Positions 60,331 through 64,000 of a DNA stretch of 64,000 nucleotides are shown here, one piece after another (position 1 is the stretch's first letter; every line of letters begins with the position of its first letter). Source of the DNA: an uncultured virus (IMG/VR IMGVR_UViG_3300006924_000006) (Duplodnaviria > Heunggongvirae > Uroviricota > Caudoviricetes); the IMG/VR virus record IMGVR_UViG_3300006924_000006; one strand, 5' to 3'. The translations under genes and the position numbers were made by a program. Under the pieces are notes generated by a model. The model was not told the DNA's origin and did no database searches. It was given only the letters and a program-made list of their open reading frames with translations.

Positions 60331-61012
60331 CTGCGTTCTCCTTGGCGTCCTTAACTGTCTTTCCACTGCCATGTACCTCAAACATTATGATGAGATCTTT
60401 AGTCTTATCATTAACGGTACACATGGTACAGGTATTACAGGAAATATCGCTCTTGCCTTCAACTCCATGCCTTGCAGGACAAAGCACTGCCTTTTTTCCT
60501 GAAAGCTCCAAGCTTTTGGGAATCCCGCTTCCCTTTACAGCTAAGGAGGTAGACCATCCCATGGAAATTGCCTCGCTTAATTCTTCTAGAGAATTACAAG
60601 ACGCCCTAAACCACTTCTTGAGTGGTCGAGAGGACTTTTTCTTCCAGGCATGTGTATATCCAATATTAATTAGACCCTCTGCCTCAACCTGCTTGCACTC
60701 AGAAATGGTGTCTGGAACATCGCCAACGATATCTCCAGCGACTCTATGCCTAACAATCCTCGCAGACTTATGCCTCTTCTTCAAAGCTTCAGTCAAAGAT
60801 TTGGCCTTAAGCTTTCCCGTCTCAATATTCTTTCCCAAGACCCTTAGGTAAAAAAGACCCCAAGCATAACAGCCGCCGCTCTTAAAAGAGCAGGAGTCTG
60901 GACACGAACTCAGGGGAGAATATGAGGCAAGCACTTTGCCTATCTTTTTATCTGAAGACCTCGAAACCCAATGAACAGTTCTCATATTTACAACTCCAAC
61001 AGCTAGTGGCAC
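60308..61012 (-). CDS. Cys-rich phage protein (gp88-like, possible Fe-S)
   Basis: SCPDSC..GGCYA, RHRVAGD, YTH, ASC, CPA..CNTCTMC..HG. Confidence 0.6.
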   Translation of the reverse strand: MPLAVGVVNMRTVHWVSRSSDKKIGKVLASYSPLSSCPDSCSFKSGGCYAWGLFYLRVLGKNIETGKLKAKSLTEALKKRHKSARIVRHRVAGDIVGDVPDTISECKQVEAEGLINIGYTHAWKKKSSRPLKKWFRASCNSLEELSEAISMGWSTSLAVKGSGIPKSLELSGKKAVLCPARHGVEGKSDISCNTCTMCTVNDKTKDLIIMFEVHGSGKTVKDAKENAVDIKSII

Positions 61013-61035
61013 CTTTCGTTCGGATTAACGGACTA

Positions 61036-61067
61036 TGATGCTGCGGGAAGCATCTCCCGCAGCATCA
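61036..61067. terminator. 13-bp hairpin, terminator-like
   Basis: TGATGCTGCGGGA-N6-TCCCGCAGCATCA. Confidence 0.55.
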
Positions 61068-61089
61068 AAAGTATCAGCCGATACGACTC

Positions 61090-61305
61090 TTACTCAGAAA
61101 GAGTTTCGTTTAGAAAACTTCGTAGAGCCTGAGCTTCACGAATAGTCATATTGACAGCATGACTCGGAACTCGCCAGTCTTCTGATTGAACTACAATCTG
61201 AAGCCGATTGCTTCCGGCCTGCTTACGCGGGTCTCCATTTCGTAGGTTAAGAGTTAGCGACTTAGTCTTCTTAGTTCTATTTAGCATCTGAATTTTCCTT
61301 TCCAA
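61090..61305 (-). CDS. Hypothetical protein
   Basis: 71-aa ORF. Confidence 0.5.
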   Translation of the reverse strand: MERKIQMLNRTKKTKSLTLNLRNGDPRKQAGSNRLQIVVQSEDWRVPSHAVNMTIREAQALRSFLNETLSE

Positions 61306-61507
61306 AAATCATTACACTTGCTCTTTTTGGGGAGCGTTTCATTTTCTTTGCAGCCTTATTTCTCGGCTTACTCGTTGGATTACTTGCTGTCGCGGCAGAT
61401 AATAGCACCGAAACATCATTCTCATCAAAAGGGGTCTTATCTATTCCGACTAGATCCTTTGATATGCTCTTCTCTACAACCATCTATCCCTTCCTTTTAG
61501 ATCTTAT

Positions 61508-61837
61508 TTACCCCTCTGCCAGCCAGCCTGAGCGCCGCTCCTCAAGAGAGATAATATCTTCAACAATTGCCATGCAGATACTTCCATCAGCAGTATGGTA
61601 ATTAATGACGTTAGAGCTGTAATCAACAGACTCTACCACTCCCCTCTCTCGCTCTCCCTTTCGGGAGCGACTATTGACCCGGATGCAATCTCCGGCTTCA
61701 AAGTCCTTAATATGAAAGCAGTTAAACTCATCATACGGCCGACCATATAGCTTGGAAAACTCTACCTTATTACTCATCACATTCTCAATCGTTAAGGGTT
61801 CATCCTGCCAAAATGGCAGAGCCCCGCATACCAACAT
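61508..61837 (-). CDS. Hypothetical protein, SH3/KOW-like
   Basis: FEAGDCIRV...RGVVESVD; likely starts at the internal MSNKV. Confidence 0.5.
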   Translation of the reverse strand: MLVCGALPFWQDEPLTIENVMSNKVEFSKLYGRPYDEFNCFHIKDFEAGDCIRVNSRSRKGERERGVVESVDYSSNVINYHTADGSICMAIVEDIISLEERRSGWLAEG

Positions 61838-61871
61838 GGTATTCGCGGAACAATTCGAGTCCAGAGATTAT

Positions 61872-62498
61872 TTAATCTCTATTCTCGTTTTCAATAATCT
61901 TCTTTCTCAGCACCTTATGGATACCCGGATTTACCCGCAAAGCACTTGGGAGCAAAACATGCCGGATATAGTTCCTCATATATGAGGTATTGGAGTTCGA
62001 CGGGTCTTCCACATAAGGGACGCCCTTTCTTTTGCACCAAGATAGTAACTCAGCCTTTCTAGTAGAAAGAAACGGTCTTACATAGTTGTCTCGACGCCTT
62101 GGGATTAGCCTTGGAGTCCCATGTAGCGAGGTAAAAATCCAAGTTTCAACCAAGTCGTCAAGATGGTGGCAGGTTACAATTGGGATACCCTTACCTACAG
62201 TCGAAGAGAACAGATTGAAAAAAGCATAACGCTGCTCTCTCCAATAGCATTCCTTCGACTCTCTTGGGCGCAACTCTCGGGTCAACTTCCCAGCGAACAA
62301 AGGCAGCCCCTTTTCTTCGGCATATTCCCTTACGAAGCTTTCTGCTTCATCTGCGTGCTCCGACCCGTGATTAAAATGCAGAATGGTCACGCTTCTCTTC
62401 CCTCCATTATGAAGAAAGTCTAACGCGGCCATACTGTCTGCACCCCCCGATACTGCTACGGCAATGTTTTCGGGAATCTTTTCCAAGAGAGTAATCAT
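61872..62498 (-). CDS. tilS: tRNA(Ile)-lysidine synthetase, catalytic domain only
   Basis: AVSGGADS, HFNHG, HHLDD..ET, RPFL, EDPSN....RNYIR. Confidence 0.92.
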   Translation of the reverse strand: MITLLEKIPENIAVAVSGGADSMAALDFLHNGGKRSVTILHFNHGSEHADEAESFVREYAEEKGLPLFAGKLTRELRPRESKECYWREQRYAFFNLFSSTVGKGIPIVTCHHLDDLVETWIFTSLHGTPRLIPRRRDNYVRPFLSTRKAELLSWCKRKGVPYVEDPSNSNTSYMRNYIRHVLLPSALRVNPGIHKVLRKKIIENENRD

Positions 62499-62527
62499 GC
62501 TCGCCCTTCGCGGCTGGGTTCCGCCTA

Positions 62528-62555
62528 GATATAGTGCAGGACAAAATTATATTAC
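62528..62555 (-). promoter_or_regulatory. Repeated bipartite promoter-like motif, copy 4
   Basis: GTAAT-ATAATTTTGTCCTGC-ACTATATC. Confidence 0.75.
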
Positions 62556-62617
62556 GTTTTTTTAGAACCACACCTATCCCCTTGCCCACCGTGCATTACC
62601 TGCCCTTGGCCCCTCTT

Positions 62618-62875
62618 CTAAGAAGAGAGTCTGTTTAATTCAAACAAAATAGGAGAAACCCCTCCTTCTACTAGCTCTACGATCTCCCACGTTAAAGCTT
62701 CATCTGCTTTATTTCCATATTCTATTTGCCTTTTAATAGCATTAACTGCATCGAACTTTCTTGTCCATATTGCACCACGACTAGTCCAAGATCCATAAGC
62801 TCCCTTTGTAAGAAACTTTCCAATGCTTGGATCCCTGACTTTATATCCAAAAATTTTTTTCTTTTCTTTCTTCAA
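62618..62875 (-). CDS. Hypothetical protein
   Basis: 85-aa ORF with GAGGAG SD. Confidence 0.6.
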   Translation of the reverse strand: MKKEKKKIFGYKVRDPSIGKFLTKGAYGSWTSRGAIWTRKFDAVNAIKRQIEYGNKADEALTWEIVELVEGGVSPILFELNRLSS

Positions 62876-62906
62876 AATAACTCCTCAAGAGAGGTATTGT
62901 CTAACT

Positions 62907-63692
62907 CTAGTTCACTTCAAAAATTCTCTTAATAGCGCTCTCGACCCTCTTGCTACCCCCCGCCCCTCCTAGGAAGAACATTGCCTCCTCCGGAGTAAGA
63001 CGCTTAACTAGCTCCGTTAGAAATAAATCGTTAATAACTCCATGAGTTCCGGCCTTTAACTTAGAAATAAATGGCTCAAGATCACTTCGTGTCGCAGACC
63101 CCAAAGCTCTTCTCTCCAGATAAGAAATTCTTTGCCCAATATCTTTTGGAAGAAACTGCTTATAACAATTGTCAAATCCAATTCTCGTTATGAGTTTTGT
63201 TTGGACGTTTCTCTTTAGAGGACGAGAAACTTGATTTGTGAGCATTTTTTTGGCAATATTAACTGGCAAAATTGAAACGACTCTAGATCTAACTCTTTGG
63301 TCCCTAGAGTCTATCAGCCTCTTAGACATCTTTATTCGCTCTTCTGACGATACAGAGTCTAGAACTATGATCGCGAAAATGCCCTGAGAATAATTAGTTA
63401 AAATCTTTCTATCATTTTCATTATAACAGAAGGCTTTGACAAGGTTCTCAAATACGGCCCCAAACCCTTTCTTCTTATCTTTGTTAGAATAAGTCCAGCC
63501 AGGATAATGATTCCATCTGGAATCGCTTACAATATCCTTCTTATGCTTATTAGACAACGTCTTCCAGTATTCTAAAACCCGAGGCTCGTCTGAATACTCG
63601 ACTCTTGACCAGCGCCACCTCCTCTCCTTCTTGCTCAAGGTTAAAAGCAACTCCATGAACTTATCGTACGGCTTATTAGTTTTCTTCGGCAT
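62907..63692 (-). CDS. Alpha-helical repeat-like hypothetical protein (paralog family)
   Basis: LIDSRDQRVRS HEAT-like segment; shared C-terminal pattern. Confidence 0.6.
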   Translation of the reverse strand: MPKKTNKPYDKFMELLLTLSKKERRWRWSRVEYSDEPRVLEYWKTLSNKHKKDIVSDSRWNHYPGWTYSNKDKKKGFGAVFENLVKAFCYNENDRKILTNYSQGIFAIIVLDSVSSEERIKMSKRLIDSRDQRVRSRVVSILPVNIAKKMLTNQVSRPLKRNVQTKLITRIGFDNCYKQFLPKDIGQRISYLERRALGSATRSDLEPFISKLKAGTHGVINDLFLTELVKRLTPEEAMFFLGGAGGSKRVESAIKRIFEVN

Positions 63693-63707
63693 ATTATATC
63701 CTTTCTT

Positions 63708-64000
63708 CTACAGTTGATGCAACACTGGCTGACGCTCTTCGCTCAGACAGACTAGAATAATTTTATTAAAAATAGCAATAGTATCCCCCGCTTCTCCGAC
63801 AGAGGCTCTGACTTTCAGGGTCAAGCTCGTTTTTCCAGCCTTATAAAAGGAAGCGTCTATCACGACTATCTCTCCTAACTTTGGGCTAGAAACAAAATCT
63901 ACTGACTCAATGTGCCGAATAACACATAAACGCTTCGATAATAACTGACCATATGTTTCGCACGCCTCACTAACCCATTTCATTAAGACTCCGCTGCGTA
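63708..64000 (-). CDS. Hotdog-fold acyl-CoA thioesterase-like protein, partial (start beyond the right edge)
   Basis: Frame open to the window edge: SGVLMKWV...IESVDF..P..GEIV...GKTSL...LVCL. Confidence 0.7.
   Translation of the reverse strand, partial: RSGVLMKWVSEACETYGQLLSKRLCVIRHIESVDFVSSPKLGEIVVIDASFYKAGKTSLTLKVRASVGEAGDTIAIFNKIILVCLSEERQPVLHQL

Noticed and set aside
611..62932. Numerous plus-strand ORFs of 60-190 aa in the ORF track
   Set aside because: They are antisense shadows of well-supported minus-strand genes and lack motifs; only 56310-57272 is accepted.
1..64000. tRNA or rRNA genes
   Set aside because: Intergenic gaps are short and I saw no cloverleaf or T-loop pattern by eye; tRNAscan-SE was not run.

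Overview
Gene-dense segment that looks like a very large bacteriophage (jumbo/huge phage) genome. Almost every gene is on the minus strand, with strong AGGAG Shine-Dalgarno sites, and all three stop codons end genes, so the code is standard. Recognisable content: replication/repair (DnaE, PD-(D/E)XK nuclease, intein-containing SbcC plus SbcD, primase Zn-finger, FtsK, HU, 5'-3' exonuclease), a sigma-70-family factor, two paralogous fibre-like proteins, proteostasis genes (GroEL, Hsp20, ClpP-like, M16 peptidase, MoxR/VWA), nucleotide and nitrogen metabolism (PurA, IMPDH/GMPR, ThyX, GS type II) and translation-related genes (release factor, TilS, SpoU, KhpA). The main results are two apparent translational recoding sites that the ORF track misses. 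(1) purA is interrupted inside its P-loop by a 32-nt gap with T4 gene 60-style bypass architecture: GGT take-off, TGA, a UUCG hairpin, GGT landing. (2) The release factor gene needs a +1 frameshift at TAT CTT TAG C, a prfB-like shift site but with UAG and at a non-homologous position. A fixed-spacing bipartite promoter-like motif (GTAAT-N15-ACTATATC) occurs four times. All calls come from motif reading only; no database searches were run.
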